A DNA stretch of 64,000 bases, from the NCBI GenBank assembly GCA_049976425.1, contig JBMFIG010000002.1, positions 57,078 to 121,077 on the forward strand, written 5' to 3'. The position numbers and the translations under genes are program-made. The stretch is from Thermoproteus sp. GTDB lineage: Archaea > Thermoproteota > Thermoprotei > Thermoproteales > Thermoproteaceae. A model generated the notes under the pieces. It made no database searches. It was not told the DNA's origin and saw only the letters and a list, made by a program, of their open reading frames with translations. This document shows positions 27,578-38,460 of this stretch, piece after piece (position 1 is the stretch's first letter; each line of letters begins with the position of its first letter).

Positions 27578-28228
27578 ATGCAACTAAAGTTGATAGGGTA
27601 TAGGGAGTGGACGGAGACGTTGGGCTTCAGGCGGGAGCACGTGATACAGCAAGTACAGGCGGAGCTCCACAAAAGGGCCTGGGCCGAGTACACGTCCATA
27701 GACGCCCTCCCGCATCACATGCGCTACGACTACCTGCTGATATACTCAAACAACGTGCCCGTAAAGGCGTTGGCGGATAAGGTGAAGTCGTTGCAGGAGG
27801 TGTCGCCGGTGCCGGTGGAGTACTGTATAGGGCGCGGCGGCACTCCGTTGGAGGCCTACGAAGCCTGCGGAGAGGGGGACACAGCGGGGGGCTCGGCCGT
27901 CGTGGGCCATATGGACATAGTCAACAGCACGAGGCAGACCGAGAGGATGGGGTCCTACGACGTGTATGTAGTGGTGGGCGACCTAATAAACAAGGCCAAC
28001 ACCATCTGTAGGGGGCTGGGCTGTCTGGCCTTCTACCTAGGAGGCGACAATATAATGATATTCCTCCCCGACGTGAAGACGGGCTACCTCCTCTACGACC
28101 AGATATACATAGACGTGCGGCTGGGCATCGGCATCGCCGAAAGGCCCTATACGGCCTTCGCCAAGGCCACCGAGGCTCTCGACTCTATGAGGAGAGACGG
28201 CGTGGTGGGCGTCAGAGTGCTGAGATGA
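27578..28228 (+). CDS. gch3: GTP cyclohydrolase III (IIa)
   Basis: GYREWTETLG..REH.IQ, H.DI, FYLGGDNIM. Confidence 0.92.
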   Translation: MQLKLIGYREWTETLGFRREHVIQQVQAELHKRAWAEYTSIDALPHHMRYDYLLIYSNNVPVKALADKVKSLQEVSPVPVEYCIGRGGTPLEAYEACGEGDTAGGSAVVGHMDIVNSTRQTERMGSYDVYVVVGDLINKANTICRGLGCLAFYLGGDNIMIFLPDVKTGYLLYDQIYIDVRLGIGIAERPYTAFAKATEALDSMRRDGVVGVRVLR

Positions 28229-28878
28229 GGCCTTACGTCTACCTCGCGGCGGCCGTCACCGTAGACGGCAGAATAGCCAGCAAGACGGGCTACTCCCGCC
28301 TTTCTTGCCCCGTCGATTTGAGGAGGCTACACGCGCTCCGCGCCAAGGTAGACGCCGTGCTGGTGGGGGCAAGGACCGTCAAGGTCGACAACCCGAGGCT
28401 GACCGTGAGGTATGTCGAAGGCCGGAACCCGGTACGGGTGATAGTCGACGGGTCGTTGAGCGTCCCGCAGTCTGCCCGGGTCTTCGACGGCTCGGCGCCA
28501 ACGATAGTCTTGACTACGGAGAAGGCCCCGCGCGAGAAGGTGGCGGCCTTGAGGGAACGCGGCGTCGAGGTGATCCAGTTTCCGGGGGACGCCGTGCCGC
28601 TCCGGGAGGCGTTGGAGAGGCTCTACGTCTCCGGCATAAGAAGCGTCTTGGTGGAGGGCGGCGGCCGCATTAACTGGCAGATGCTGAGCCAATGCCTGGT
28701 CGACGAGCTGGTGATAACGGTGACCCCATATGCGTTTGGGGCCGGCACGTCGCTTCTGGAAGGGCCGGGGTACGACGACGTGGAGTCCGCGCCGTTTAGG
28801 TTGAGGTTGCTGTCGGCCGAGATATGCGAGTGCGGGCAGGAGGTTGTGTTGAGGTATAGGGTTGAGTGTAAACAGTAG
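28225..28878 (+). CDS. arfC: 2,5-diamino-6-ribosylamino-4(3H)-pyrimidinone 5'-phosphate reductase (Rib7/ArfC)
   Basis: DGRIA, DAVLVGARTV..DNPRLT, VEGGG, LVDEL. Confidence 0.9.
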   Translation: MRPYVYLAAAVTVDGRIASKTGYSRLSCPVDLRRLHALRAKVDAVLVGARTVKVDNPRLTVRYVEGRNPVRVIVDGSLSVPQSARVFDGSAPTIVLTTEKAPREKVAALRERGVEVIQFPGDAVPLREALERLYVSGIRSVLVEGGGRINWQMLSQCLVDELVITVTPYAFGAGTSLLEGPGYDDVESAPFRLRLLSAEICECGQEVVLRYRVECKQ

Positions 28879-28896
28879 TTTACACAAGGCATATAT

Positions 28897-29559
28897 ATGG
28901 ATGAACTTAGGTTGACGATGACGTTGGAGAAGGCGATAGAGGCCTTGAGGGCTGGCAGGCCCGTGCTCATATACGACGGCGATTATAGAGAGGCCGAGGC
29001 CGACTTCGTGGTGAGGGCCGACGCGGTGACCCCCGGCCTCGTCAGGTGGCTGAGGCAGAACGCAGGCGGGCTCCTATGTTTCGTGACGACGGAGGAGATA
29101 GGGAGGGCGCTCGGCCTCGAGTTCCTCTCCGAATACTACCGCAAGATGGGGCTCTCCGTGTTGCCCAGATACGGCGACGAGCCCGCGTTCATGGGCTACG
29201 TCAACCACAAGAAGACCAAGACAGGCGTCAGGGACTCGGACAAGGCTTTGACCATAAGAGAGCTGGCGAGGGTTGTCGAGATGGCGTTGAGCGACCCCGA
29301 CAGAGCCAAGAAGACGTTCGTGGACGAGTTCTACGGGCCGGGCCACGTGCCGGTGCTCGGGGCCAGGATAGGTAGGAGGTGGGGCCACACGGAGCTGTCG
29401 GCCATACTCGCCAAGGCCGCCGGCCTGCCTCCAGCCCTCGCCATAATCGAGGTCCTAGGCCCCAGCGTAGACGCTATGCCGTACGAGGAAGTAGAGGAGC
29501 TGGCGAAGTCCTTGGGCGTGCCGTTGCTGAGGGGCGAGGAGCTAAAGGCCCTTGCGTAG
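28897..29559 (+). CDS. ribB: 3,4-dihydroxy-2-butanone-4-phosphate synthase
   Basis: [33 protein letters not shown]. Confidence 0.93.
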   Translation: MDELRLTMTLEKAIEALRAGRPVLIYDGDYREAEADFVVRADAVTPGLVRWLRQNAGGLLCFVTTEEIGRALGLEFLSEYYRKMGLSVLPRYGDEPAFMGYVNHKKTKTGVRDSDKALTIRELARVVEMALSDPDRAKKTFVDEFYGPGHVPVLGARIGRRWGHTELSAILAKAAGLPPALAIIEVLGPSVDAMPYEEVEELAKSLGVPLLRGEELKALA

Positions 29560-29967
29560 CTTGATCACTATCCTGGTCCGTCTCGAGTCCTCGACGAACT
29601 TTGCCACGTAGGGGGCGAGCCTCTCGACCTCTCTGCGCGATACCGTGTGCCAGGTCGGACACGTCTTGTCCACGTAGACCTCGCGCCCGTCGTAGACCAG
29701 CGGGTAGAGCCTACAGCCGATGGGCCTATGCTCGTAGATGGTGCAGCTGGCCGTCGCGGGGTCGTAGAATACGCAGTGCCCGTCCACGTTCTTCAGCCTC
29801 AACATATCGCCGTCGGCGACGGCGAAGTCCTCGAGCCGATACCCCAAGGCCTCGATACGCTCCACGTCCTCCGGCAAGAGCTCCATCTCGGTCCCTACGC
29901 AACATATACCGCATTTTATGCACTTGAACCTCACCTCGAAGAACGAGGGGTTGGACCAGACGCTCAC
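29542..29967 (-). CDS. YkgJ family cysteine cluster protein
   Basis: [11 protein letters not shown]....[15 protein letters not shown]. Confidence 0.9.
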   Translation of the reverse strand: MSVWSNPSFFEVRFKCIKCGICCVGTEMELLPEDVERIEALGYRLEDFAVADGDMLRLKNVDGHCVFYDPATASCTIYEHRPIGCRLYPLVYDGREVYVDKTCPTWHTVSRREVERLAPYVAKFVEDSRRTRIVIKLRKGL

Positions 29968-30938
29968 TCCACCACGTAGAGAGGTCTCTCCCCTCTGAAG
30001 AACCGCACAACGTTCTCCGCGGCCACCTCGGCCATCTTGATCCTGGTCTCCAAAGCGGCGCTCCCTATATGGGGGGTGAGGACTACGTTAGGCATACTCA
30101 CAAGCTCGTGAGTGTGGGGGAGCGGCTCCACTTCATATACGTCCAGCGCCGCGCCGGCCAGAATGCCCTCCCGTAGAGCCCTCAGAAGAGCCTCGGTGTC
30201 CACCACGGGGCCTCTGGCGACGTTGACGAAGTAGGCGCCGCGCTTCATCTTAGAGAACCTCTCCCAGTTCATCAAGTGCCGGGTCTCGGGCGTCAACGCC
30301 ACCGAGACGATCACGAAATCGCTGGTCGACAGCAACTCGTCGAGCGGCAGATACCTTATGCCTAACGCGAACTCCACCTGGGGCTTCCTGGTGCGGGACC
30401 AGTAGACGACCTCGGCGCCGAACGCCAGAAGGCGCCTGGCTATGGCCGCGCCCAAGTTGCCGAGCCCCACGATGCCCGCCCTCTTGCCCCGTATATCAGA
30501 ACCTATGAGGGCGCCCCAGACGTCGTACGCCTTGCCCTCCCTAATCAGCCTATCGCCCTCGACTATCCTCCTGACTAGGGCCAGCAAGAGGCCCACGGCG
30601 AGATCGGCCGTGGCGTCGACCAGCACCTCGGGTGTGTTGGTCACCACGATGCCCCTCCGCCTGGCCTCGGCGACGTCTATGTGGTCGTACCCCACCGAGA
30701 CGGTGGAGATTATCCTGAGGTTCTTGGCGCTGGACAGCACCTCCCTATCCACGACATCTCCCACGAAGACCACCATGGCGTCGCACTCGGCGGCGGCCCT
30801 CTTGAGGGCGTCCTTCGGGATGCCCGCCGTCAGCCAAGCCGGCTTGCCGTAGGGGTACGCTCTGACCTCTCCCACCTCGGCCAGTTTCCTGTAGAGTATC
30901 TCGGGGAACGTATCCCTGCTGACGAATATACAGACCAC
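29964..30938 (-). CDS. gyaR: Glyoxylate reductase / D-2-hydroxyacid dehydrogenase
   Basis: [33 protein letters not shown]. Confidence 0.88.
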   Translation of the reverse strand: MVCIFVSRDTFPEILYRKLAEVGEVRAYPYGKPAWLTAGIPKDALKRAAAECDAMVVFVGDVVDREVLSSAKNLRIISTVSVGYDHIDVAEARRRGIVVTNTPEVLVDATADLAVGLLLALVRRIVEGDRLIREGKAYDVWGALIGSDIRGKRAGIVGLGNLGAAIARRLLAFGAEVVYWSRTRKPQVEFALGIRYLPLDELLSTSDFVIVSVALTPETRHLMNWERFSKMKRGAYFVNVARGPVVDTEALLRALREGILAGAALDVYEVEPLPHTHELVSMPNVVLTPHIGSAALETRIKMAEVAAENVVRFFRGERPLYVVE

Positions 30939-30944
30939 GGGAAA

Positions 30945-31394
30945 TTACCGGTCTATATTAAGAAGACGTCTTAGCCACTCCGGCATCTTCGGGCTCGGGA
31001 CCACGTCGAGGGCGTCGTACGGCTTTATGTCGAGCACGGGGCTCCCAGTCCAGGCGTCCAGATTGCGCAGGCGGAGCCGGGGCGGCTCCACGGCCACTAT
31101 CTCCGCCACGGTCAGACCTATGGGGTTCGGCCTCGGCGGAAACCTCGTGGCGAATATGCCGACCTCAGGCGCGTCTGGGAGGCGCTTAGGCCTCACCCTC
31201 AACTCTGTGTGCTCTACTCTGTCCATATACCATATGACGAAGACGTGGCTGTACTCCTCGAGGCCCAGCAAGCCGTCGGCGTACTCGTCGAAAACCCTAA
31301 CCGTGGATACGAAGCTCCTCCTGCCGGCCCCTCGCTCCTCTTGGGGGAGCCCCTCCTCGACGTAGCCTATGGGCCTAAGCCTTATCTCCCTCAA
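30945..31394 (-). CDS. tsaA: tRNA m6t6A37 methyltransferase TrmO/TsaA family
   Basis: PIGYV, GIFATR.P.RPNPIGLT, LDIKPY. Confidence 0.9.
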   Translation of the reverse strand: MREIRLRPIGYVEEGLPQEERGAGRRSFVSTVRVFDEYADGLLGLEEYSHVFVIWYMDRVEHTELRVRPKRLPDAPEVGIFATRFPPRPNPIGLTVAEIVAVEPPRLRLRNLDAWTGSPVLDIKPYDALDVVPSPKMPEWLRRLLNIDR

Positions 31395-31879
31395 GAGATC
31401 ACTTGCGCCGTGATGGACGGGCTGATTATTATCTGTCCGTTGGCGTACGTCACGTGGGGGAACGATATGAGCAACTTCTCCGTGGAGCCCCCGCTGAGCC
31501 TCATCCCGCCCGTTATGTGTACCTTGAACACTCCGCTGGGGATGCGGGCAGTGATGTTGACGCCCCCTATCTCGATCGTGGCGCTGGATACCGTGAAGAA
31601 CACCTCGTTGTACTCGCCGGCTGGCGCCGAGGCGGAGACGAGCAACTGCGGCGTGTGCGTCAGCGCTATGGTCCTGCTACCGTTGAAGATCACGACCCAG
31701 CCCGAGTTGTTGCCGACCCTATGAAGCGCCACAGACGTGAAGGTGAGGTATATGGCGAGGTTAGGCGCCGGCGGGTCGGACACATAGACGTCTACGCGGC
31801 CCTGGGATAGGTAAAAATAGAGGAAGGCCACGGCGGCTAGGATCACTACCACGGCCGCTATAGCTGGCCAGACCCGCAT
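31391..31879 (-). CDS. DUF4382-like membrane-anchored beta-sandwich protein
   Basis: N-terminal TM, VYVSDPP, PAGEY, PSG..K. Confidence 0.7.
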   Translation of the reverse strand: MRVWPAIAAVVVILAAVAFLYFYLSQGRVDVYVSDPPAPNLAIYLTFTSVALHRVGNNSGWVVIFNGSRTIALTHTPQLLVSASAPAGEYNEVFFTVSSATIEIGGVNITARIPSGVFKVHITGGMRLSGGSTEKLLISFPHVTYANGQIIISPSITAQVIS

Positions 31880-31917
31880 GGAGGAATGGATCAGACCGGC
31901 TTATAAGCTGTAGCGCC

Positions 31918-32565
31918 TCAGAAATGGAGCAGGTCGACTCCGACGAACGCCTTGAGGAATATATTAATCCCGAAAAGCGCCAGCAAAGCCGATAGGGCTA
32001 TGAGCAGATAGCCGTACCTCCTGTTGTTCAACACCCTGGACGCGCCTCCGCCGAGCGAGGCCATTAGGGAGAGCCAGAGGTAGTCCATCCAGACGTGGGC
32101 GCCGTACATCGCGGCTACGCCCAGGGGTCCCAGCGCGAAGGCCTCGCCGACTAGAGGAAGGCCGACCGTGGCCCACCACATCAAGAAATATGGGTTGGCC
32201 CCAGTGAAGACCAGGCCCGTCATGAAAGGCGGCAGGGAAAGCCGCCCGCCGGACATCTGCCTCGTATTGCCTCTTATGGAGGCCAGCCCGTCGCTTGCTG
32301 TCAGGTAGGCAAAGAAGAGCGAGAACGCCAGCGAGACGGCGGCGAGCGGCTTCTGGAAGGAGCCAAGCGCGCCGGCGACCAGCCCGAGCGCCAACACGTA
32401 GGGGAGCTCGAACGCCATATGGCCCGCGGCCACTGCAAGCCCCGACCTCGCCGCCGCCCTAGGACGCAAGGCGCCCGAGACGACGGCCGCCGTCGTTAGA
32501 GGACCCGGCGAGAAGGCGCCCGACGGCGTCACCATCAATGTCTGTATGATTAAGTCGGCCAGCAT
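31918..32565 (-). CDS. LysE family translocator
   Basis: SGAFSPGP, GH..E, NPYFLMWW. Confidence 0.9.
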   Translation of the reverse strand: MLADLIIQTLMVTPSGAFSPGPLTTAAVVSGALRPRAAARSGLAVAAGHMAFELPYVLALGLVAGALGSFQKPLAAVSLAFSLFFAYLTASDGLASIRGNTRQMSGGRLSLPPFMTGLVFTGANPYFLMWWATVGLPLVGEAFALGPLGVAAMYGAHVWMDYLWLSLMASLGGGASRVLNNRRYGYLLIALSALLALFGINIFLKAFVGVDLLHF

Positions 32566-32566
32566 A

Positions 32567-32989
32567 TCACCGCAGGGCCGATAATGCCCGTCTGAGGACC
32601 TGCCGGACGTTGGGGTAAGTCCGTAGCCCGTCCAGCTCGGCCTCGGATACCCACACGCCGTTGTTCAGCCTCCCCCCAACGCGCCTCACCAGGAAGACCA
32701 AGTCGTAGTGTATATGGATCTCGTCCGGGTAGCGGACCGTCTCCCTCAATATCGCGAAGGGCAGAGGCTCCTCGACCACGTCGTCGCTGGAGATCCCGCT
32801 GACGGGGCCCACAGGCTCCACCACGAGCCCCGTCTCCTCCCGGAACTCCCGGACCACGGCTTCGGACGGGGTCTCGTCGGGCTCGACGTGGCCGCCCGGG
32901 TAGAGCCAGACGCCCAGCTTCTCGTGATACACCACAAGCGCTCTCCCGTCCTCTATAAGTATGCCGGAGGCGACGACGCACTTCCTCAC
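32567..32989 (-). CDS. NUDIX hydrolase
   Basis: PGGHVEPDETPSEAVVREFREETG Nudix box. Confidence 0.95.
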   Translation of the reverse strand: MRKCVVASGILIEDGRALVVYHEKLGVWLYPGGHVEPDETPSEAVVREFREETGLVVEPVGPVSGISSDDVVEEPLPFAILRETVRYPDEIHIHYDLVFLVRRVGGRLNNGVWVSEAELDGLRTYPNVRQVLRRALSALR

Positions 32990-33024
32990 CGTCGATACGT
33001 AAATAGCCCACTAAAAAAATTGCC

Positions 33025-33804
33025 GTGGACGCGGCCGCGTTGGTGGCGGTAGGCGTGGCCGTCGGGATCTTGATAGGGGTGACAGGCTCTAGCGGCGTCG
33101 CGCTGACGGTGCCGGCGCTTTCCTACATGGGCTACACATATCAACAGTCGGTAGGCGCGAGCCTCTTAGTCGACCTGATAGCGTCGGCCTCGGCCTTACT
33201 GATATACATAAGGGCGGGGGACGTAGATTGGCGGTACGCCCTTGTGCTAGGCGCCGGCGCTGCGGCGGGCGCGCAACTGGGCTCCCACTTGGCCGTTAGG
33301 TCGCCCGAAAGGCCGTTGGAGGTGCTCTTCGCGGCCTCCTCGCTCTATTTCGCCTACACGTCGATAAGAAACAGCGCGTCCAATATCGACAGAGGTCTGC
33401 TCCCCCCTGTCCGTCGCTTCTTCGCCTCTATAGGGCCACGGGCCCGCCGCGCGGTGATCGCCCTATCCAGCATAGCCATCGGAGTCATGTCGGGCCTTGT
33501 AGGGGCCAGCGGAGGCATCATGTTCGCCGTGGCGATAAGCTCGATGAGCGATATGCCGATAAGGAAGGTCGTGGGGACCGCCATGGCGGCCATGGCGCTG
33601 TCGGCGCTCAGCGGTGCGTTGGCCTACATTTATTTAGGGGTCACGGACGTGGTAGCCGCGATAGTCGTAGGGACCTCTGCCCTTCTCGGCGGCTATGTGG
33701 CGGCCAGACTCGCCCACAGAATATCGCAGAGACATATATACACAGCGCTCGCCGTGCTTTTCGCGGCAGTGGCCGTGCTTGAGCTTGCTAAAGCAATATC
33801 GTGA
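33025..33804 (+). CDS. TauE/SafE sulfite exporter family
   Basis: Internal duplication GVTGSSG / GLVGASGG, multi-TM. Confidence 0.88.
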   Translation: MDAAALVAVGVAVGILIGVTGSSGVALTVPALSYMGYTYQQSVGASLLVDLIASASALLIYIRAGDVDWRYALVLGAGAAAGAQLGSHLAVRSPERPLEVLFAASSLYFAYTSIRNSASNIDRGLLPPVRRFFASIGPRARRAVIALSSIAIGVMSGLVGASGGIMFAVAISSMSDMPIRKVVGTAMAAMALSALSGALAYIYLGVTDVVAAIVVGTSALLGGYVAARLAHRISQRHIYTALAVLFAAVAVLELAKAIS

Positions 33805-33927
33805 GGACGCCCTGACGATTTATCGTAGATAGCAAGGGAGAACGGCCGCGTCCGTGGCGTTTTAGTCCGCGATATAGTTTATGTATGTTTATGGGAGATG
33901 CCTTTAAAGGCACACAGTCCGCTGCGC

Positions 33928-35253
33928 ATGGATCAAAAAACAATTTACGCAATAATAGGAGCTATTGTAATAATAGCAATAGTAGGAATAGCCGCTGTGG
34001 CTATGATGGGCGGCGGCAAACAGCAGACGCCAACAATCACCACGGTGACCCAGGTATCCACAGTTACGCAGGTATCTACGACGACCGTTACTCAATACGC
34101 ACAACAGCCTACGGCCACCTCGACGGTCACTGCAACGCAGACATTAACCGTCACCCAAACGGCTACCCAGCCGGGTCTGCCCAGTTCTTGCGGGGGCTTA
34201 AGCGGCCAGATAATTGCCGGAGGCGCCACGTTCCCGGGCCCCCAGTTCGACTACTGGACTAAGTACCTCTACAACGCCACGGGCGGCAGGATTAAGATAA
34301 CTTACAACTACGTCGGCTCTGGGGCGGGCCAGACGTCTCTTATCAAGGGCGAGTACGCCTTCGCCGGCTCCGATCTGCCGCTGGCCCCCGATAGGTACAA
34401 CCAGTACAAGGGCCAGATAATACAGTTCCCCGACATACTCGGTAGCGAGCTGTTGGTGTACAACGTGCCCGAGATAGCATACGTCAAGACCCACATGAGG
34501 CTGAACCTAACCGCCGAGATTATAGCGGGGATATACATGGGCACCATAAGGTACTGGGACGATCCGGCGATAAAGGCTGTCAACCCCGGCCTCGCGAGCC
34601 TCCTGCCCCACAAGGAGATCACGCCGGTCCATAGATCCGACGCCTCGGGGACGACGGGCTGGTTCACCCTATTCCTGAGCAAGTCCGTGCCTCGGTGGAA
34701 CCAGACGGTCGGCTGGGGCCTCTCCGTTAACTGGCCGGTAGATCAGATGGGCGTCTCCAAGGCCGGGCAGGGGAACCCGGGCGTGGCCCAGATAGTGCTG
34801 AACACGCCCTACTCCATCGGGTACGTGGAGTACAACTATTGGATAACCCAGAAGGATAAGTTCGACGCCGTTGGGGGCTACGCCTATCTGCGCAACGACA
34901 ACGACGGGAAGTTCTACGACGCCACGCCGGAGGCGGTGTCCCAAGCGGCCGCCGCGGGGATACAGCAGGTGGTCCAGAGGCTGGGCGGATTCCCGAGCGC
35001 GGCCGACAACTGGTGGCAGGTGATACAGGTCTTCGCCAACCCGCCTAGGGGCTATCCGCTGGTGGCCTTCTCCTTCGCCATGTTGAGGACCGACTACAGC
35101 TCGTACCCCAACGGACAGACGGTGGCCGCCGTGGTCAAGTGCTTCTGGCAGTACGCCTTGACGACAGGTCAGGAACAGCTGGTGCCGGGCTACCTCCCGT
35201 TGCCCAAGGACATAGCCCAAATAGGCCTCAACGGCCTCAACCTAATAAAGTAG
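33928..35253 (+). CDS. pstS: Phosphate ABC transporter substrate-binding protein
   Basis: N-terminal TM, Thr-rich linker, GGATF, GSGAG, FAGSD, HRSDASGTT; CTTTAAAG box about 25 nt upstream. Confidence 0.95.
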   Translation: MDQKTIYAIIGAIVIIAIVGIAAVAMMGGGKQQTPTITTVTQVSTVTQVSTTTVTQYAQQPTATSTVTATQTLTVTQTATQPGLPSSCGGLSGQIIAGGATFPGPQFDYWTKYLYNATGGRIKITYNYVGSGAGQTSLIKGEYAFAGSDLPLAPDRYNQYKGQIIQFPDILGSELLVYNVPEIAYVKTHMRLNLTAEIIAGIYMGTIRYWDDPAIKAVNPGLASLLPHKEITPVHRSDASGTTGWFTLFLSKSVPRWNQTVGWGLSVNWPVDQMGVSKAGQGNPGVAQIVLNTPYSIGYVEYNYWITQKDKFDAVGGYAYLRNDNDGKFYDATPEAVSQAAAAGIQQVVQRLGGFPSAADNWWQVIQVFANPPRGYPLVAFSFAMLRTDYSSYPNGQTVAAVVKCFWQYALTTGQEQLVPGYLPLPKDIAQIGLNGLNLIK

Positions 35254-35267
35254 TTTTTCCTAGGCCT

Positions 35268-36158
35268 ATGGTCGAGCTCCTCCTATTGGGTTTTGCTCTT
35301 TATATAATCTATGTACTATTTTTGATTTTTATAAAGTTGAGGTGGGGTCTGAGGCTTCTGGCGTTCTTGGTGCCGGCCGCCGTCGCCTCCCTCGTCGTGA
35401 TGTTCTTCGTGAGGGCGTTGCCGGCCATAGAGCACGAGGGCCTCGCGTTGTTCACCACTGCGCGGTGGGACGCCCAGCACGAGCAGTACGGCCTACTGCC
35501 AGCGCTTCTAGGCACGCTCATAACCACTGCGGTGGCCTTGGCCATAGCCCTCCCCCTCGCCGCCTCCTTCGCGGTCTTCGTAAACGAGGTTGTGCCCCAA
35601 CGGTATAGGGGCCTCGTCTCCTCCTTCATGGACGCCACGGCCTCCCTGCCCACAGTTGTCTACGGTCTGTGGGGCCTAACCGTCTTGACCCGATACATCT
35701 ACGAATATTTCGGGACCACGACAAGCCTCCTCACGGCGTCTCTACTGTTGTCGATCATAATCACTCCCTACGCCGCCGCGATAATCAGAGAGGGCTACGC
35801 GTCGATCCCCAGAGAGATCGTCGAGGCGATATACGCGTTGGGCGCCACCAAGGCCGAGGCCATATACATCAAGTTGAGGTATATCAAGAACTATCTGCTG
35901 GGCGGCACCTTCCTGGCAATGGGCAGAGCCATGGGGGAGACAGTGGCGGTGGCCATGGTGGTGGGCGGCAACTACGTGAGCCTCCCGACAAATCTGCTGA
36001 ACTCCGGGGTCACCATATCGTCGCTCATAGCGCTCCAGTTCCCCAACGCGCAGATAGCGAACTACATGGAGCCGGCCTTGATGGCGGCTGCCTTCGTCCT
36101 GGCCGCGGTGGGGCTCGCAATAAACACCACGGCTGTCTACTTCCTCTTTAGGAGATGA
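35268..36158 (+). CDS. pstC: Phosphate ABC transporter permease
   Basis: PTVVYGLWG, ALGATK, GRAMGETVAV. Confidence 0.94.
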   Translation: MVELLLLGFALYIIYVLFLIFIKLRWGLRLLAFLVPAAVASLVVMFFVRALPAIEHEGLALFTTARWDAQHEQYGLLPALLGTLITTAVALAIALPLAASFAVFVNEVVPQRYRGLVSSFMDATASLPTVVYGLWGLTVLTRYIYEYFGTTTSLLTASLLLSIIITPYAAAIIREGYASIPREIVEAIYALGATKAEAIYIKLRYIKNYLLGGTFLAMGRAMGETVAVAMVVGGNYVSLPTNLLNSGVTISSLIALQFPNAQIANYMEPALMAAAFVLAAVGLAINTTAVYFLFRR

Positions 36159-37069
36159 ACGTCTTGTTGCGCAGGTTGATAAGCGTCGTCGTCCTTCTGC
36201 TCATATCGGCGCTCGCCCTCGCGTCCATAGCCCCCCTGTTCTTGATAACCCGCGACATCTTGGCCAGCGGCGTTGAGGCGATAGCCAGGATCGGGCCCGC
36301 CTTCTTCACGGCGCTTCCTCCGTCGCCCAACGACGCGACCGGCGGCGTAGGGCCCGCCCTTGTCGGGACGTTGTTCATGTCGGCGCTGGCCTCGCTCTTG
36401 GGCTTCGCCGTGGGCTTCCCGGTCGGCGTCTACATAGGCGAGTATAGACACGAGTTCGCCGCGAAGATTGCGAGGATCAACGTGAACGTGTTGGTGGAGT
36501 TCCCCACGATCACCATAGGCCTATACGTCTACGCCATCTCCGAGTCGGTGGCCCCCTCGCTGGACAGATCCCTCTCGCCGTTTCTCCAGTGGGCCTCCGG
36601 CGTGCCCGTATTGGGCTACTTCCTCGGCCCCATATCAGTCTTCAACGCATACGCCGGCGCCGCGGCCCTCACGCTCATAATGGTGCCCTACGTGGCGTTG
36701 TTCACAGCGTCGGCGTACTCCTCGGCGGAGAGGAACTTGAGGGAGGCGGCCTACGCCATAGCGGGAGACGAGAGGAAGGCTCTGTTCGTCGTGATGAGGA
36801 AGGCGTTGGGCAGATCTGTGCTGACCGCGTTCTTGCTGGGCTCGGCCAAGGTAGCGGGGGAGACGGCCCCCCTCCTCTTCACCTCCGCCTTCAACGACTT
36901 CTACGGGCCGTTCACTCAATACACGGCCTCGATACCTGTCTTGATATACAGGTTCGCGACGACGCCGTTTCCAATATACAAGGAAGTCGCCTACGGCGCC
37001 GCCGCTGTGCTTCTGCTGATAGTGTTCGCCCTCTTCATATCGGCGAGGGCTCTGTCGAGACATGCCTAG
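36155..37069 (+). CDS. pstA: Phosphate ABC transporter permease
   Basis: PTITIG, LREAAYA, AGETAPLL. Confidence 0.93.
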   Translation: MNVLLRRLISVVVLLLISALALASIAPLFLITRDILASGVEAIARIGPAFFTALPPSPNDATGGVGPALVGTLFMSALASLLGFAVGFPVGVYIGEYRHEFAAKIARINVNVLVEFPTITIGLYVYAISESVAPSLDRSLSPFLQWASGVPVLGYFLGPISVFNAYAGAAALTLIMVPYVALFTASAYSSAERNLREAAYAIAGDERKALFVVMRKALGRSVLTAFLLGSAKVAGETAPLLFTSAFNDFYGPFTQYTASIPVLIYRFATTPFPIYKEVAYGAAAVLLLIVFALFISARALSRHA

Positions 37070-37102
37070 GCGGGTTGTTTCAGGCCGGGATCCGGAGAGG
37101 AC

Positions 37103-37849
37103 ATGAGCCTCGTGGCCGAGGGCGTCACGGTCTCCTTCGACAAGAACGTAGTGCTTGACGGAGTGAGCCTAGAGGTGCCGGCGAGGACCATCTTCGCCTT
37201 GATGGGGCCGTCGGGATCCGGCAAGTCGACCCTTCTGAGGGTGTTCAACAGGTTGATAGAGATATACCCCAACGCCAAGGTGTCGGGCCGCGTGTACCTC
37301 GACGGCAGGGACATATTCAAGATGGATGTTGTGGAGCTCAGGACGAGGGTCCAGATGGTGTTCCAGATACCTAACCCCATCCCCAACCTCTCGATATTCG
37401 AGAACGTGGCTTTGGGGGTGAAGCTCAACGGGCTGGCGAGATCCAAGCGGGATCTGCGGGACAGAGTGCGTTGGGCTCTGGAGCGGGCGCAGCTCTGGGA
37501 GGAGGTCAAGGACAGGCTCGGCTCACCGGCGTCGGTCCTCTCGGGCGGACAACAACAGAGGCTCTGCCTAGCCAGGGCGTTGGCGTTCCAGCCGGAGGTC
37601 CTCCTGATGGACGAGCCCACCGCCAACCTCGACCCGGAGAACACCGCCAAGATAGAGTCGCTCATGCTCGACCTCAAGAAAGACACGACGATAGTGCTCG
37701 TCACGCACTACCCGCCGCAGGCGGCGCGCGTGAGCGACTACGTGGCCTTCCTCTACAGAGGCAAGATAGTCGAGGTGGGGAGGACCAGCGAGGTGTTCAT
37801 GAGGCCCAGACACGAGCTGACGGAGAGGTACGTGACGGGGAAGATATGA
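37103..37849 (+). CDS. pstB: Phosphate ABC transporter ATPase
   Basis: GPSGSGKS, MVFQ.PNP, LSGGQQQRLC, T..YVTG. Confidence 0.96.
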   Translation: MSLVAEGVTVSFDKNVVLDGVSLEVPARTIFALMGPSGSGKSTLLRVFNRLIEIYPNAKVSGRVYLDGRDIFKMDVVELRTRVQMVFQIPNPIPNLSIFENVALGVKLNGLARSKRDLRDRVRWALERAQLWEEVKDRLGSPASVLSGGQQQRLCLARALAFQPEVLLMDEPTANLDPENTAKIESLMLDLKKDTTIVLVTHYPPQAARVSDYVAFLYRGKIVEVGRTSEVFMRPRHELTERYVTGKI

Positions 37850-38460
37850 GGCGTCTGCTGGATCTCGCCGAGGCCCAGATAGCCGAGCTCTTGAGGAAGG
37901 CGGCCGAGATCGCCACGGGCGCCCTCGACGTCGCGGCCGAGTGCTTCGGCGGCGTCTGCCAGCCGGAGAGGGCCAGAGCCGCGGCGTCCGAGGTGCGCAG
38001 AATACACGAACACATCGCCGAGCTGGCGCTGGAGGCGATAGCCAGATATTCGCCTGTGGCGGTAGATCTCAGATACCTCAGAGGGGCCATGTTCGCCTCG
38101 TACGACCTCTACAGAGTCGCGAGGTACGGATACGACGTGGCCGACATAGCGTCCCGCCTAGGCTCCGGATGCTCCAGCGAGAAGGTGCGCGAGATATCGC
38201 GAGTCGTAAGGCGCATGGTGGCCGAGTCTGTCGAGATGTTGTTAAGCCATAGGTCAGACAAGCTGGACGAGATCGTGAGGCTCGACGACGAGATCGTCGA
38301 CAAGTCCTACATGGACTCGGTGGCGAGGCTCATGGAAAGACGCGAGAAGTGCGACGTGGTCGAGGCCATGGCGTTGAGGCTTCTAGAGAGGGCGTCAGAC
38401 CACGCCGTCTATATAGCTAGGCAGGCCAACTTCGTCGCGACCGGCGAGCTCTACCTCTAG
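37846..38460 (+). CDS. phoU: Phosphate uptake regulator PhoU
   Basis: P.A.DLR, DL.R, DDEIVD, LERASDHA; ATGA overlap with pstB. Confidence 0.9.
   Translation: MRRLLDLAEAQIAELLRKAAEIATGALDVAAECFGGVCQPERARAAASEVRRIHEHIAELALEAIARYSPVAVDLRYLRGAMFASYDLYRVARYGYDVADIASRLGSGCSSEKVREISRVVRRMVAESVEMLLSHRSDKLDEIVRLDDEIVDKSYMDSVARLMERREKCDVVEAMALRLLERASDHAVYIARQANFVATGELYL

Noticed and set aside
34030-34170. Short repeats in pstS (TVTQVS) and in the Liv binding-protein linker
   Set aside because: Ordinary Thr-rich linkers, not CRISPR or VNTR
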